Positions 9,413-21,145 are shown, numbered from the stretch's first letter. The stretch: 64,000 nucleotides of DNA from Nitrosopumilaceae archaeon (GCA_965214835.1 CBDCCK010000002.1:1920001-1984000); one strand, 5' to 3'. Notes: generated by a model not told the origin, from the letters alone. Numbers and translations are program-made.

Positions 9413-9700
9413 ATGAAAAAACAAAAGTTCACATTGGCCGAAAAAACAGACATAGTGATGGAGTCCATCAAGACCAGCATCAGCACTGCCGAGCTGTGCC
9501 GCAAGCACAACATCGCGCCCACCACGTTTGGCAGGTGGATGGACAGGTTCGTCGAGGGCGGCAAGGCATCCATCCTGGGCCGGAATGACAAGGCAGCGGC
9601 TGCCCTGCAAAAGGAGAACCAGAATCTCAAACGCATCATAGGCGAGTATGCAGTGGCCTGTGACGCTTTAAAAAAAACAATGGAGCTGAGCAAAGGATGA
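9413..9700 (+). CDS. IS3 orfA (HTH)
   Basis: HTH AELCRKHNI; A-run near 9670 and ATGA overlap with orfB. Confidence 0.9.
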   Translation: MKKQKFTLAEKTDIVMESIKTSISTAELCRKHNIAPTTFGRWMDRFVEGGKASILGRNDKAAAALQKENQNLKRIIGEYAVACDALKKTMELSKG

Positions 9701-10533
9701 ATGCCGTACAGATCTGCCACCAGAAGATGAGCCTCAATACAGCCCTGGAATACTGCGGCGTCTCAAAGGGCACCTGGTATTACGCCAGGAAGGACGCCGA
9801 CAGACGAGCCAGAAAAGCCGACCCCGGGACGGTCTCAATCATACGTACCATAGGCAAGAAAAGGCCGACGTACGGAACCCGGAGGATGGCAAACCAGATA
9901 TTGCGCGAGACTGGCGTGCGCGTAAACCGCAAAAAGATACAGCGAATCTACCGCCAGATAGGCTGGATCGAGCCCAAAAAGACCAAAAACGACATAATAC
10001 GGGCCTCGCGCAAGCTTACAAGGCCAGATGCCCCCAACCGGCTGTGGCAGGCAGACATCACATACGTGGACTGCGGCGGGGACGGCTGGTGCTACTGTTT
10101 CAACGTACTTGATGCCTTTTCGCGCAGGTGGCTTGCATACTCCTTTGATACCACGGCGCAAAAGGAGAATGCGGTTCAGGCCGTACTCGATGCGGTATCG
10201 GCAGCAGATCCGGACTGCAGCATGCTGACCCTGCGGACAGACAACGGTTCTCAGTATACGTCGCGCATGTTCAGGGAGTCCCTGAAACAGCTGGGAATAA
10301 GACACGAGCTCATAGCATACAGGACGCCAGAACAAAACGGCCACATAGAGTCGTTTCACGGAAGCATCAAGAGGGAATACCTGTGGCCCCATGAATTTGA
10401 CTCCTTCCAGGACGCCTCAGACGTCATAAGGGAGGCATTTAGGGACTATAACCATGACAGAATACACTCCTCACTTGGATATCTCACTCCGATGGAGTTC
10501 GTCGTACGGCACCAAAGGGAGGCAGGCAAATGA
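9697..10533 (+). CDS. IS3 orfB (DDE integrase core)
   Basis: WQADITY, TDNGSQY, PEQNGHIESFH, YNHDRIHSSLGYLTP. Confidence 0.95.
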   Translation: MNAVQICHQKMSLNTALEYCGVSKGTWYYARKDADRRARKADPGTVSIIRTIGKKRPTYGTRRMANQILRETGVRVNRKKIQRIYRQIGWIEPKKTKNDIIRASRKLTRPDAPNRLWQADITYVDCGGDGWCYCFNVLDAFSRRWLAYSFDTTAQKENAVQAVLDAVSAADPDCSMLTLRTDNGSQYTSRMFRESLKQLGIRHELIAYRTPEQNGHIESFHGSIKREYLWPHEFDSFQDASDVIREAFRDYNHDRIHSSLGYLTPMEFVVRHQREAGK

Positions 10534-10971
10534 TGATGCCAGAGCTACGCAAAAACGCCCAAAAAGTGGTTCGAAAATACGGGGTCCAGATCAACACGGC
10601 CACCCTTGTGTTATCCCCCGAGTACGAGGCCACGCTTCTGGTGCCGACCGGACCCCACACGTATCTGTCGTATGCGCCCTGCACGAAGAACGCCTCATCA
10701 GATGACACCAGCGTAAAACCGTCGTTTTTCAGGCACGGAATACGCACGTTTTCAAGGTATCGCTGCCACGAGTATACCGAGCTTGGGGTGGCATGGTTGA
10801 CATGTATGTTTTGCACCTTGCGGCGCGACAGGCCGTGCTGGCGCATCATTCTCCGGACATGCTCTATGCTGTATTGTATCCCGGTGGCATTCCTTATGTC
10901 ATCGCGCCCCGTCATGACGTCGGTACTGTTGTATTCAACGGACAGATCCATTATGGCGGCAATCTTTTTTC

Positions 10972-11064
10972 GTATGTGGTCACCTATCCCCACCAATCAG
11001 GCACGAATTAGTATACACAATTATGATTTCCACGCCTAGCCAGTAAGGGGACGTGACCTCATAC
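10972..11064. mobile_element. 93-bp IS66-derived MITE
   Basis: gtatgtggtcac...gtgacctcatac, 8-bp TSD cttttttc; absent in the IS630 homolog at 55343; ends match IS66 at 58922/60732. Confidence 0.95.
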
Positions 11065-11653
11065 CTTTTTTCTGTCCACCCTTGGCCTGCATCCGGAACG
11101 GGGAAGATCCCGGAGGCAGTCCATGCCGTCCTCCGAAAACCTCGCCAGCCAGTTGCGCACGGAATTCTCACTGCACCGGATCTTTCTTGCAGTCTCGGGT
11201 ACGCCCATGTCGTCTTCTAGCACAAACATCAGCGCCATGATCTTCTTGTAGACTTTGGCATCCTTTTCTTTGCGCATGGCCTCTGACAGGATGTCTGTTT
11301 CTTTTGCCATACATACTGCGCCAGTTACGTGATCATTATACTTTTCGAATGACCTTGTTTTGGCTCAAAGACTTATGCTCGTTGCTATAGTTTGACCTAC
11401 TTTGACTCAAAGACTTCTGCCCGTTGCTATAATAGACCAAGAGCCTGATGGTCGCCTTGCCGTTCTTCTCGGACTTGTGCATCCTAAAAAGCCTGTCCTT
11501 GCTTGCTATCCCGTACAGGAACTGCGTTCCCGCCGGTAATTCCTTCTTTCCTTTCATGTGTATATATGGGACTGGCAGATCTTAGATCCTTTGATTGAAA
11601 AATTGTTCTTTTTGTAATCAATTAGTAGTCGTGAATACTACGCAACAACAAAA

Positions 11654-12403
11654 TTACGATTTTGCATCAATTAGTTTTGCATATTCCTGAGCAACAACAC
11701 TAGGAACATCATCAGAAATAACTTTTCCGTTGAAAAGTAGTATTGCTCGGTCACACAGATCTTGAATTTGGGTTACTGAATGAGAGACAATAATTATTGT
11801 TTTGTTTTTCTGTTTAAAGTCTAAAAATGCTTTATAGCTTTTTTGACGAAATAGTGCATCACCGACTGCTAAAACCTCGTCAACCAGCAGGACATCAGGA
11901 TCAACGGTGATAGCTGTCGAAAATGCTAATCTTGCCACCATGCCGGAAGAAAAATTCTTCAATTTTGTATTTTTGAATTTTTCAAGCTCTGCATATTCAA
12001 AAATATCATCTATTTTATCGGTAATTTGTTTCTTTGACAATCCTAACAATATACCATAAACATAAACATTTTCTTGTGCAGAAAGCTCTCCATTAAATCC
12101 AGTGCCTAGATCCAAGAAAGGAATTAATTTTCCATTAACGTGTAATGTTCCGGAATCAGGAACATAGATTTGTGCTAAAATTTTTAATAGTGTGCTTTTT
12201 CCAGCTCCGTTAAGACCCAATATTCCTAATGTCTCACCTTTGTGAATAGTCAAGTTGATATTTTGCAAAACTTTCAATTCTTCATCAACATTATTTTTCC
12301 AAAAAGAAGTTAGAAATTCAAACAGTGTGCTGTCTTTATTTGATCGAATACGAAATGTTTTTGAAATATTTTCTAATCTCAAAGCAATGTTTTCAGACAT
12401 CAT
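11654..12403 (-). CDS. wzt: Polysaccharide ABC exporter ATPase (Wzt/TagH-like), AT-rich
   Basis: Walker A GLNGAGKST, signature FSSGM, LLVDEVLAVGD; no C-terminal carbohydrate-binding domain. Confidence 0.9.
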   Translation of the reverse strand: MMSENIALRLENISKTFRIRSNKDSTLFEFLTSFWKNNVDEELKVLQNINLTIHKGETLGILGLNGAGKSTLLKILAQIYVPDSGTLHVNGKLIPFLDLGTGFNGELSAQENVYVYGILLGLSKKQITDKIDDIFEYAELEKFKNTKLKNFSSGMVARLAFSTAITVDPDVLLVDEVLAVGDALFRQKSYKAFLDFKQKNKTIIIVSHSVTQIQDLCDRAILLFNGKVISDDVPSVVAQEYAKLIDAKS

Positions 12404-13176
12404 ATTTTCTCTGCAATTTTCTTCTCTTTGAGTTTAAATAAATAGTATCCAAATATTAGCAAAGCTCCGGTGGTTGATATCAGATAAAATAATGAGTTTA
12501 ATTCAGGCATTGTTCCGTACAGTACTAAACTATGAGTTATATTTAGCATGTGAACGAAAGGGTTAATTTCTAATATCCCACGAATGGTTTCAGGAAACAT
12601 TTCAAGAGTGTAAATTATAGGAGAAAGAAAGAAAGATGCTTGAAGAGTTACTTGCCAAATAAATCGAATATCTCTAAAATAAACATTAAGAATGGAGAGA
12701 ACGAACGCTATCCCTAAAGATAAAATGAATATCTCTAGCAGTAAAATAGGCAAAAAAGATATTGTTAGTGGTGGGATAAATTGAAAAATTATTACAAATA
12801 CGCCAAACGCCAATAGTTCAAACATCATCATTATGAAAGCGGTAAGTGTAGAACTAATAACAATAATTTCACGACGCAAAGGTGTTTTTTGGATTATAAA
12901 CGATTTATCTTGCAAGCTTGTCATTCCGGCAGTTGTAGCTCTTGAAAACATATACCAAAATACCAGTCCGATCAATAAATACATCGGGTAGTGTTCAATT
13001 TCACTTCGCAGAATATTACTAAATACAACATAAAGTATTCCTAACATCAATACAGGTTCTAGAAATGTCCAGAAAAACCCCAAAGCAGAATTTTTATATC
13101 TTAATTTTACATCGGTAATAGCCAACGAAAATACGATTGTTCGTTGACGAATTAGATCTGAAAATAGATTGGGCAT
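12400..13176 (-). CDS. wzm: Polysaccharide ABC exporter permease (Wzm/TagG-like), AT-rich
   Basis: KLRYKNSALGFFWTFLEP, FFLSPIIY, INP motifs; about 6 TM helices. Confidence 0.9.
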   Translation of the reverse strand: MPNLFSDLIRQRTIVFSLAITDVKLRYKNSALGFFWTFLEPVLMLGILYVVFSNILRSEIEHYPMYLLIGLVFWYMFSRATTAGMTSLQDKSFIIQKTPLRREIIVISSTLTAFIMMMFELLAFGVFVIIFQFIPPLTISFLPILLLEIFILSLGIAFVLSILNVYFRDIRFIWQVTLQASFFLSPIIYTLEMFPETIRGILEINPFVHMLNITHSLVLYGTMPELNSLFYLISTTGALLIFGYYLFKLKEKKIAEKI

Positions 13177-13274
13177 ACTAATAGAATTTCCAAAAATATC
13201 AACATATATTAGACTTTATACGTACACAGTCTTCCCAGAAGTACGCGATTCATGATTGTCCAGATGGTGACAAG

Positions 13275-14412
13275 GGGGTTGTTTCCTAATTCACTCATGC
13301 TGCCTCCACCGGTATCCCGAGCTTTGCGGCGCACTTGAGTCTGTTTAGCACCTCAAGGTTCCATCCTATGGCCTTGCACAGGCCAAACCTTCTGCGGGTG
13401 GATGCCTTTCTGAACCTGCACATCAGCCTGTGGTTCTCTGCCTCCTCTGCGCCAAAGATTCCCTCTATCGTCGCGCGCATCGTGTAGGATTCTGGATCAA
13501 ACGCCTCGGAGGCTTCCTTCCTGTGTTTCATTTTGGTACGGACTGCATTATCTCTCAGCTTGATGTTCGGTTTCATTCCGGATTCCTTGAGGATCCTTAT
13601 GTTCTCATCCGAGTCGTATCCCATGTCGGCGTTGAAGATGCCAGAGAATCCGAGTCCGATCTTTCCAATTCTCTGCAAGAGTGATCTTAGGATGGTAGTG
13701 TCTGCCATTCTGTCTGAGGTAATCCGGCATGCTAGGATTACCTGCAGGCCCAGCACGGATGCCACGTGCCACTTTAGATATTGTTTGTAGGGCTTGGCCT
13801 TTCTCTTTCTTTCGGCCTTTTTTGCGCCAGATTCGTGCCTAGAATCGGCCTTTTTGCCCGTCACCTTCTTTGGCTTGAGATCCTTTCTCTTCTTCTTCTT
13901 GTCGTATCTGTCAGTAACGACGCCGGTGCTGTCGGCCGCAAGCTTGAGTGCAGACAGGTCAAACCCTGCAAGGCATCTGCGTGCAGTTTCTGATATCATC
14001 TCCTCAAGCCACTTGTTTGGAATCTTTGGCATGAATTTGCACAGGGTGACGTGGTCTGGCACCGGCTCGTCGTTCCAGCGAGGCAGCCTTAGAAAGTGCG
14101 CAATGCACCGCGTGTCACGGTATGTCATATCCAGACACACCATCAATATGCACAGGCATGCCAGCTTGTCACGGCTGTGGACTATTGGCCGACCCGGTCC
14201 GGAACCAACCTTCACGGGACACGGGTTCTCCACGATCAAGGAAACTATATTGGATAGGAGAAACACCATTTCTTGGGTGTGGGCAGCATGGTAATACTTC
14301 CAGTACCCATTGCGTCTCTTATGTTCCGTCATTAGAGAACCACGCCCGTTCTGATCAATATAGTGTAGAATCTAAAAAATTAGACTAGATTGCCGAATTA
14401 GGAAACAACCCC
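13275..14412 (-). mobile_element. IS5/IS4-like DDE element (transposase 13295-14332)
   Basis: Perfect 18-bp TIR ggggttgtttcctaattc; ADSTG, ADMGYDS, YTMRATIEGIF motifs; no exact TSD. Confidence 0.9.
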
Positions 14413-14585
14413 GGTACAATCATGACAGGCCCCACAGGTCGCTGGACTGGGACAATCAGGAGACGCCCGCGCAGACATTTCTCAGAAAGATGCCCAAGGA
14501 GGGGGAAACCGTTATTGACGGGCAGACAGGAGAGGAGTATGATGTCAAATAAGGGGGGGGGGCGAACTACTTTCTGGATCCCACA
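14413..14585 (+). mobile_element. IS481-family 3' remnant
   Basis: Frame YNHDRPHRSLDWDNQETPA...*; end gggcgaactactttctggatcccaca complements the end at 34785. Confidence 0.7.
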
Positions 14586-14638
14586 TGAATACTGGTTGTA
14601 CAAAAAACTTTTTAGTCATCTGCCGTGCTGTAAGACAA

Positions 14639-15259
14639 ATGGCAAAAATGCTGCCTGCCTACGTGATTGCGTCTGCCGTACTGATGTTTTTGGCACCGGC
14701 CTTTGTACATGCGCAGGATGTCCCGCCGGAGGCCAGGGGGCCCGGAGACGATGCCAGAACCATCAACCTCTGCTCCTCAGAGTCCGAATGCGTGCTGATT
14801 TCAAAGAACCATACGGGCAAGGGCGCCAAGATATCCCAGTCGCTACAGCACGTCATCTCCCGGCCGGATATGTGGGGAGGCGACCTTTCCAGATCAACGA
14901 TGGATGCGGGGGCGATGGAAGGCGAAAAGATACCGGTAATCATCCGCATAAAGTCCGGCTCAGAAGGGTTTGTCCTTCCCGATAACCTCGGAGTAGACGT
15001 GGTCGGAGCCTCCAGCCTTGGCATACATGCAGATGTTCCGGCCTTGAGCATACTGCGGCTGGCAGAGTATGACGAGATAGACCAGATAAGGATGGCACCT
15101 GCAATGATTGAGGGGCAGGCAGTCAATCCGGTGGCACCAGGCAACGGGCTACAGTTGTCGTGGGATCCGTCATACCTTCTGGTACTGCTGATCCCCGCCG
15201 CCGTCGCCCTTGCAGTATGGCAGGCCAGAAGGGGAAAAAAGAGGATTGCCACGGCATAG
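14639..15259 (+). CDS. Secreted, C-terminally membrane-anchored protein resembling a subtilase pro-domain
   Basis: Signal peptide (VHA-Q), IHADVPALSILRLAEYDEIDQIR segment, TM helix followed by RRGKKR. Confidence 0.65.
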   Translation: MAKMLPAYVIASAVLMFLAPAFVHAQDVPPEARGPGDDARTINLCSSESECVLISKNHTGKGAKISQSLQHVISRPDMWGGDLSRSTMDAGAMEGEKIPVIIRIKSGSEGFVLPDNLGVDVVGASSLGIHADVPALSILRLAEYDEIDQIRMAPAMIEGQAVNPVAPGNGLQLSWDPSYLLVLLIPAAVALAVWQARRGKKRIATA

Positions 15260-18200
15260 GCGCGCGGCACTGGCAACCCAGCTTGCGGCGGCACCGTTAC
15301 TTGTACTTGTACTGGCGCTGTCACTGGGCCAGATGCATGCAGCAGTATACGGCCAGTCCGTGACAAGCCAGGGCGCGTACACCGTAGAGTCACATGTTGT
15401 AAACAGCCTGGGAAACAACGGCAGCGGGATCAAGGTGGCGATCATAGACGCCGGGTTTGACGTGACAGATGAGGAGATATCATCCAACATAGCAGAGGCC
15501 AGATCGTTTCGCTCAAACGGCGACATTACGGCGGGAGGACGCACCGCCCACGGGACTGCAACTGCGCAGATAGTGGTAGATGTCGCACCCGACGTCGAGC
15601 TGTATCTTTACAACATCGAATCCGTGCCAAACATGATAAGACTGATCGATTACATAATAGGGAGGGGGGACATTGACATAGTCAGCCTGTCCGTAGCATG
15701 GTGGGGCGTGGGGCCGTATGACGGGACCAGCGGGCTCTCACAGAAGGTCAGCGAGGCGCAAGACAGCGGGATACTGTGGATATCGGCGGCCGGAAACTAT
15801 GCGGACAGCCACTGGGAAGGGATGTTTGCAGACGCAGACGCAGACGGGTTTCACAACTTTGGATCTGTAGACGAGACAATATCGTTTTTTGCCGCAGCCG
15901 GCTCCGTGGTGGAGCTGGAGCTCACATGGGACGATGCGTGGGGCCGGTCCTCCAACGACTATGAGCTGCGCCTGTTCGATGCGAACCTGAACCTGCTGAT
16001 CTCCTCCATTGAGACACAGGACGGCGATGACGACCCGCTGGAGACGATACAGTACCTTGTCGTCTCCGACGGTATCTATAACATAGTGATAGAGCGATAT
16101 TCAGGCGAGGCAAGGAACCTGGAGCTGTTCAGCTTTGAGCACTCCCTTACGGAACACAACGTACCCGGGGGCAGCGTGATAATCCCGGCCGATGCGGTAG
16201 GCACAGTCGCCGTGGCAGCCGTCGGGCACGACACGGAATCGTTAAAGCTATACAGCTCGCGCGGGCCCACAAACGACGGCAGGACAAAGCCGGACGTTGC
16301 GGGGCCGACGGACGTGATCACGAGCACGTACGACCCCTTTGGAGGCACGTCGGCTGCAGCCCCGCACGTGGCGGGAGTGGCCGCCCTGATAAAGTCTGCC
16401 AACCCGACGTATACGCCTGCCCAGATCCAGTCCGTTCTGGAGGACACCACGAGGAACCACCACGCAAAGGGCAACGAGGACGGAACCGGGCTGGCAAACG
16501 CGCTAAACGCGATGGGGCTGCCGCTTGCAGAGACATTTGAGACGGATCTGTCTGCGTGGACCGAGGAGGGCGGGGCCGGCGGCTGGAGCGTGGGGCCGCC
16601 CGGGGACGGCGGCCACCCGCCGGGCCACCATGACGCAACGAACACGGTTGCAAGGGCAGGCGACGGCTGCGCCTCCGAGTGCAGGCTGGTCCTGTCAGAC
16701 GGGCTGGACCTGACCGGGTACGACTCGGCCGCCATGACGCTTTACAGGTACGTCGATGACGGCCTTGACGACGGCGAGTACCTCAGGGTGGACGTCTCAG
16801 AGAACGGCGGGACAAGCTGGACTGGCGCGTACGACTGGCAGGGGGACCAAGACGGCGATGACACGTGGACCATGCACACGCTGGACCTGGCAGACCACCT
16901 GGACTCGGACAGCTTCAAGGTGAGGCTGTCGGCAAGGGCCTCCCAGCCGTCGGGGGAGGGCGTGATGGTCGATACCCTGATCATCGACGGCGTGGCCTCC
17001 AGGCAGGTGCCTGTACAGGACACCGCGCCGCCCTCCCTTGTCTCGGTAACCCTCAACGAGGCCACCTGGGCCATGACCATAACCTTCAGCGAGACCGTGG
17101 ATGTCTCGAAGACCGACATCTCCAGACTGTACGTCAGCGATGAGAACCAGGAAGACGCCGTCTCGCTGGACGGTGCCGGCTTTGACGGCGCGGAGGCCGA
17201 CTCTGCAACCATATCGCTTACGCTAACCCCAGCCCAGTTTGTCCAGATCATCGCTATGGCCGCGCCGCAGCTTGACATCGGCGCGGGCGCCGTGTCGGAC
17301 GTCTTGCAAAACCCGATAGGCGACTCGCCGGATCACCCGATCACAGTCACGGGCGTGATGCCAAACGCCCCGCCGGTGGCGCCTGCCGCGACGGCGACCA
17401 CCGCCGAGGACACGCCCGTCACCATAACTCCCCCGATATCGGATCCCGACGCGGCCGACACCCCGGTGATATCGGCAGTATGGAGTGGACCCCTATGAGT
17501 AGGAGCGATTTTGGCGACATTTTATGCACACTCTGATCGCTCATTTTTGAGGCACCTCCTCCTGTCTTTTCTGGGTTTTTCGGACAAACTCGTCTGGTGT
17601 CAGGTATCCCAGCGCCGAATGGATCCTGTCCTGGTTGTAGTCCGCAAACGCCTCTGCCAGGACGACCTCGGCATCCTGGAACCTGGCAAAGTCATGCGGC
17701 CAGACGTACTCCTTTTTGAGGGTCTTATGGAAGGACTCGACATGTCCGTTCTGCTCGGGCGTGTTGTGCCAGATGTATTCGCACCTTACCCCAAGCGCCT
17801 TCATGCTTTCCTTGAATTCGCGGCTCGTATACCGGACGCCGTTGTCACTTCTGACCAGCAGGCCGCGCGCTTCGTCTGCCGAAATCGTGGAGACTGCCTT
17901 TGTCAGCGATTCGACTGCGACCTGTGCGGTGGCCTGCGTGTCAAAGACGTATGTTATCCACTTCCTGGTGAACGTATCAATTACGTTAAAGCAGTAGCAC
18001 CACCCGTCAACGCCGCACCAGACGTACGTGATGTCAGTCTCCCACAGCTGGTTTGGCCCTGTGGGCTTGAACCTGTCCCTTCTTCCGGCTCTTATTATGT
18101 CGTTTTTGGTCTTTTTAGGCGTGATCCAGCCTATCTTGCGGTATATCTGCTGTATCTTTTTGCGGTTTGTCGGCACGCCGGTCTCGCGTCTTATCTGGGC

Positions 18201-20405
18201 TGCCATGCGGCGCGTGCCGTATGTGGGCCTCTTGTTGCCAATCTCCCTGACAAGCAAGACCGTCTGCGGATCCGGTTCTGTCGGCTTTTGCGGCTTTTTT
18301 ACGTGGTACCACGCAGTTCTGGAGGCGCCGCTGTACTGCAGTGTCTTGTCCATGCTCCAGCCCCTCTCCCTTAGCAGTATTGCAATGTTCACCTTTTGCC
18401 TGCCTCCAAGGTTTTTTTTAAAAGCGCATTGGCCACGGCATACTCGCCGATGATGTTTTTGAGCGACTCGTTCTCCTTTTGGAGCCTGCCTTCGGCCGTT
18501 GCAGGGCCGCTGCCTGACAGCGATGCGCGTCCGCCCTGCAAAAAGCGTTTCCTCCACTGGTAAAACGTCCTGGGGGAGAGGTTGTGGCGACGGCACAGCT
18601 CTGCCGTCTCGATGTTGGTATTGAGATGCTCCATGACTATCCCTATCTTGTCCTGCGTACTCCATATTTTCTTTGTCATATTTGTAATTCGACCTCCTTA
18701 TTCAAAAAGTGTGCATTGCAGATCGTTCCTTCTTTTTTGGGATCCGCACCAAGTATCCGACCCGCCCAACGGGACTGCCACACATGACGATGATACGATA
18801 ACCTACACGCCTGATGCAGACTATGCGGGAACCGACACGTTCGGATACACGGTATCTGACGGCACCAACACGGCGCAGGGCACCGTAACCGTTACAGTCA
18901 CGCGCGACAACAACGCCCCCGTCCTCGGCACGATAGGCGACCGGGCCGCGAAGGTGGGATTCCAGCTGAGCATAGCGCCCACCGTGACTGATGCCGATCC
19001 TACAGACACGCACATGTACTCCATAACGCGCGGCACGCTGCCGGAAGCCGCCGCGTTTTCCACGTCTGACGGCAGCATCACCTGGACGCCAGTACAGGCC
19101 GACGCAGGACAGACCCATACGGTCACCATAACCGTAGATGACGGCCGGGACGGCACCGATTCTGAGACCTTTGACATATCCGTGATGGATATTCCAAACG
19201 CCCCGCCGGTGGCGCCCTCAGAGACGGCGACCACCGCCGAGGACACGCCCGTCACCATAACTCCCACGATATCGGATCCCGACATGTCGGACACCCCGGT
19301 GATATCCGCGGTAGCCGACCCGCCCAACGGGACTGCCACACATGGCGACGATACGATAACCTACACGCCCGATGCAGACTATGAGGGAACCGACTCCTTC
19401 GGATACATGGTATCTGACGGAACGGACACGACAGATGGCACGATAACCGTTACAGTTACGCGCGCCAACAACGCCCCCGTCCTCGGTACCATAGGCGACC
19501 GGGACGCGACGGTGGGCGCACAGCTGACCATAACGCCTTCTGTGACTGATGCCGATACTACGGACGCGCACACGTTTACGATATCGCGCGGCACTCTGCC
19601 GGCAGCTGCTGCATTCTCCACGTCTGCCGGCAGCATCACCTGGACGCCCGTACAGGCCGATGCAGGACAGACCCATACTGTCACCATAACCGTAAATGAC
19701 GGACGCGGAGGCACCGATTCTGAGACCTTTGACATAGTAGTAACCGAACTGCTCGAGGCGGCCGGCGCCCACCTGGAATTTGAGAACGACCTGACCGACT
19801 CTTCTGGCGCCCACGGAGGCACCATACAGTCCGGCTCCGTATCATATGCGGCAGGCCCCGTCGGGCGGGCAGTCATGCTGGATAATACACACGTCACGCT
19901 TGCAGGGGAGCCGGACCTTGACTTTGACACCGACGAGGCCTTCAGCATAGCATTCTGGATAAACAAGGATCACGAGCCCTCCTCCACCGTCTCGCTGGTG
20001 TCAAAGTCCGAGCGCTTTTGGAGGCAGGGAACCGATATATGGTTCAACCCGAATGCCGGCGGCAAGGCATCCCTCAGACTGTCTGACGGCTCTGCATACA
20101 TGGAGATACGCACGCCTGGAGCGGTGGCAGACGGCACGTGGCACCACGTGGCATTCACGTATGACGGCAGCGGCACCCGTGCGGGCATGTCCGTATATGT
20201 GGACGGGCAACCCGTCACCGAGATCACCGCAGGCGCCACATCGTTGTCCGGCTCCATACTCAACGACCATCCGGTCGGTATCGGTGCCAGCAGCACCGGA
20301 CTGGATCCGGCAGGAAACACCGCCCTTGACGAGCTGCACATCAGGCCCGGCCAGATGAGCGCGTCCGAGGTATCCGCACTGCATGCTGCCGGATCATTGC
20401 CATAA
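15246..20405 (+). pseudogene. Large surface S8 subtilase with cadherin/Ig-like repeats and C-terminal LamG, split by IS3
   Basis: Triad VAIIDAG / HGTATA / GTSAAAPHVAG; removing 17481-18755 restores ISAV-SDPPNG as in the second repeat (ISAVADPPNG); start uncertain. Confidence 0.9.
17481..18751 (-). mobile_element. Complete IS3-family element (orfA 18389-18679, orfB ending 17541)
   Basis: TG...CA ends, 4-bp TSD agta, WETDITY / SDNGVRY / QNGHVESFH motifs. Confidence 0.95.
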
Positions 20406-20423
20406 TCACCAAGATTGGATGAT

Positions 20424-20563
20424 CCGAGAGATGATTCGAAACTAGAAACCGTACGAATTTTTCAAGTAATTTCACAGATAACTTGTATTTTGTTGGTGTT
20501 TTGGGCTGTCATGCAAATTCGTTCACACATAATCAGAATCTGCTAATTTGAGCCAACTCTCAG
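20424..20563 (-). repeat. Repeat family A copy
   Basis: Reverse-complement homolog of 4637-4779, 19 bp after the protease stop. Confidence 0.85.
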
Positions 20564-20639
20564 GCGCGGCGTAAGGCCCCTCATACGGCTCCTGACAAGC
20601 TGCACCACTGCAAGGGGCAAGGGCGCCGGCGGCAAGTGG

Positions 20640-20965
20640 GGCCGGCTGGTGCGATGGCAGCTCGGGGGCGGCCCCGGGGTGCCGGTTGGGGGATCTGTCA
20701 AAGGAGGAGAGGCAGGAGAACCTGCGGTACTGGAAGAGCACGGTCGGCTTCGGCAGCAGGTGGATCGTCGAGATCGTGATATCGGCCATAAAGCGCATGT
20801 TCGGCGAGGGTGTAATGGCCCTCAAGTGGTCCAATGTGGTGCAGGAGGTAAGGCTGAGGATATGGCCGTACAGCAGGTGGATCGCAGAGGCGGTGGCTGC
20901 CGTGTAGGAACCTGGCGCCGGCAGCGATCCGGAAGGATTGGCCGGGCCCTAGTCGGAGTTATGCA
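20640..20965 (+). mobile_element. IS5-family 3' remnant; right TIR split by IS110 (remainder 22413-22418)
   Basis: WKSTVGFGSRWIVEIVISAIKRMFGE; rejoined end ggagttatgCAacagac-tag resembles the end tagtttgttgcataac at 25812. Left limit approximate. Confidence 0.75.
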
Positions 20966-21145
20966 TCCATGGTAAAACGCCCGCCAGTAACATGGCGACG
21001 TTCCTTTCGTCTTCTGATCCGTGCCTAGTCGGCCGGGCCGTGCTTTATAGCTAACGCTAGCAATACGCACGAGCCAGTCCTGTCGCACCTGCCAGGGTGC
21101 GGGCGGATCATTGGGTGGGTGGGTGGGGGATGGAAGGTGGTAATC

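Larger units (their letters stand above)
9341..10593 (+). mobile_element. Complete IS3-family element
   Basis: TG...CA ends (tggtgaggacccc / ggggtccagatca), 4-bp TSD acac; empty site visible in the related IS630 copy near 54975. Confidence 0.95.
8924..11387 (-). mobile_element. IS630-family element, transposase (11310 to 8933) interrupted by an IS3 and a MITE
   Basis: TIRs tagcaacggtcacaagt / acttatgctcgttgcta with TA flanks; HTH, SSDEA, FCDRWSVH and SPYLNVVEECW motifs. Confidence 0.9.

Noticed and set aside
13266-14421. 9-bp TSD around the IS5-like element
   Set aside because: ggtgacaag versus ggtacaatc do not match, and the right flank is IS481 coding sequence.
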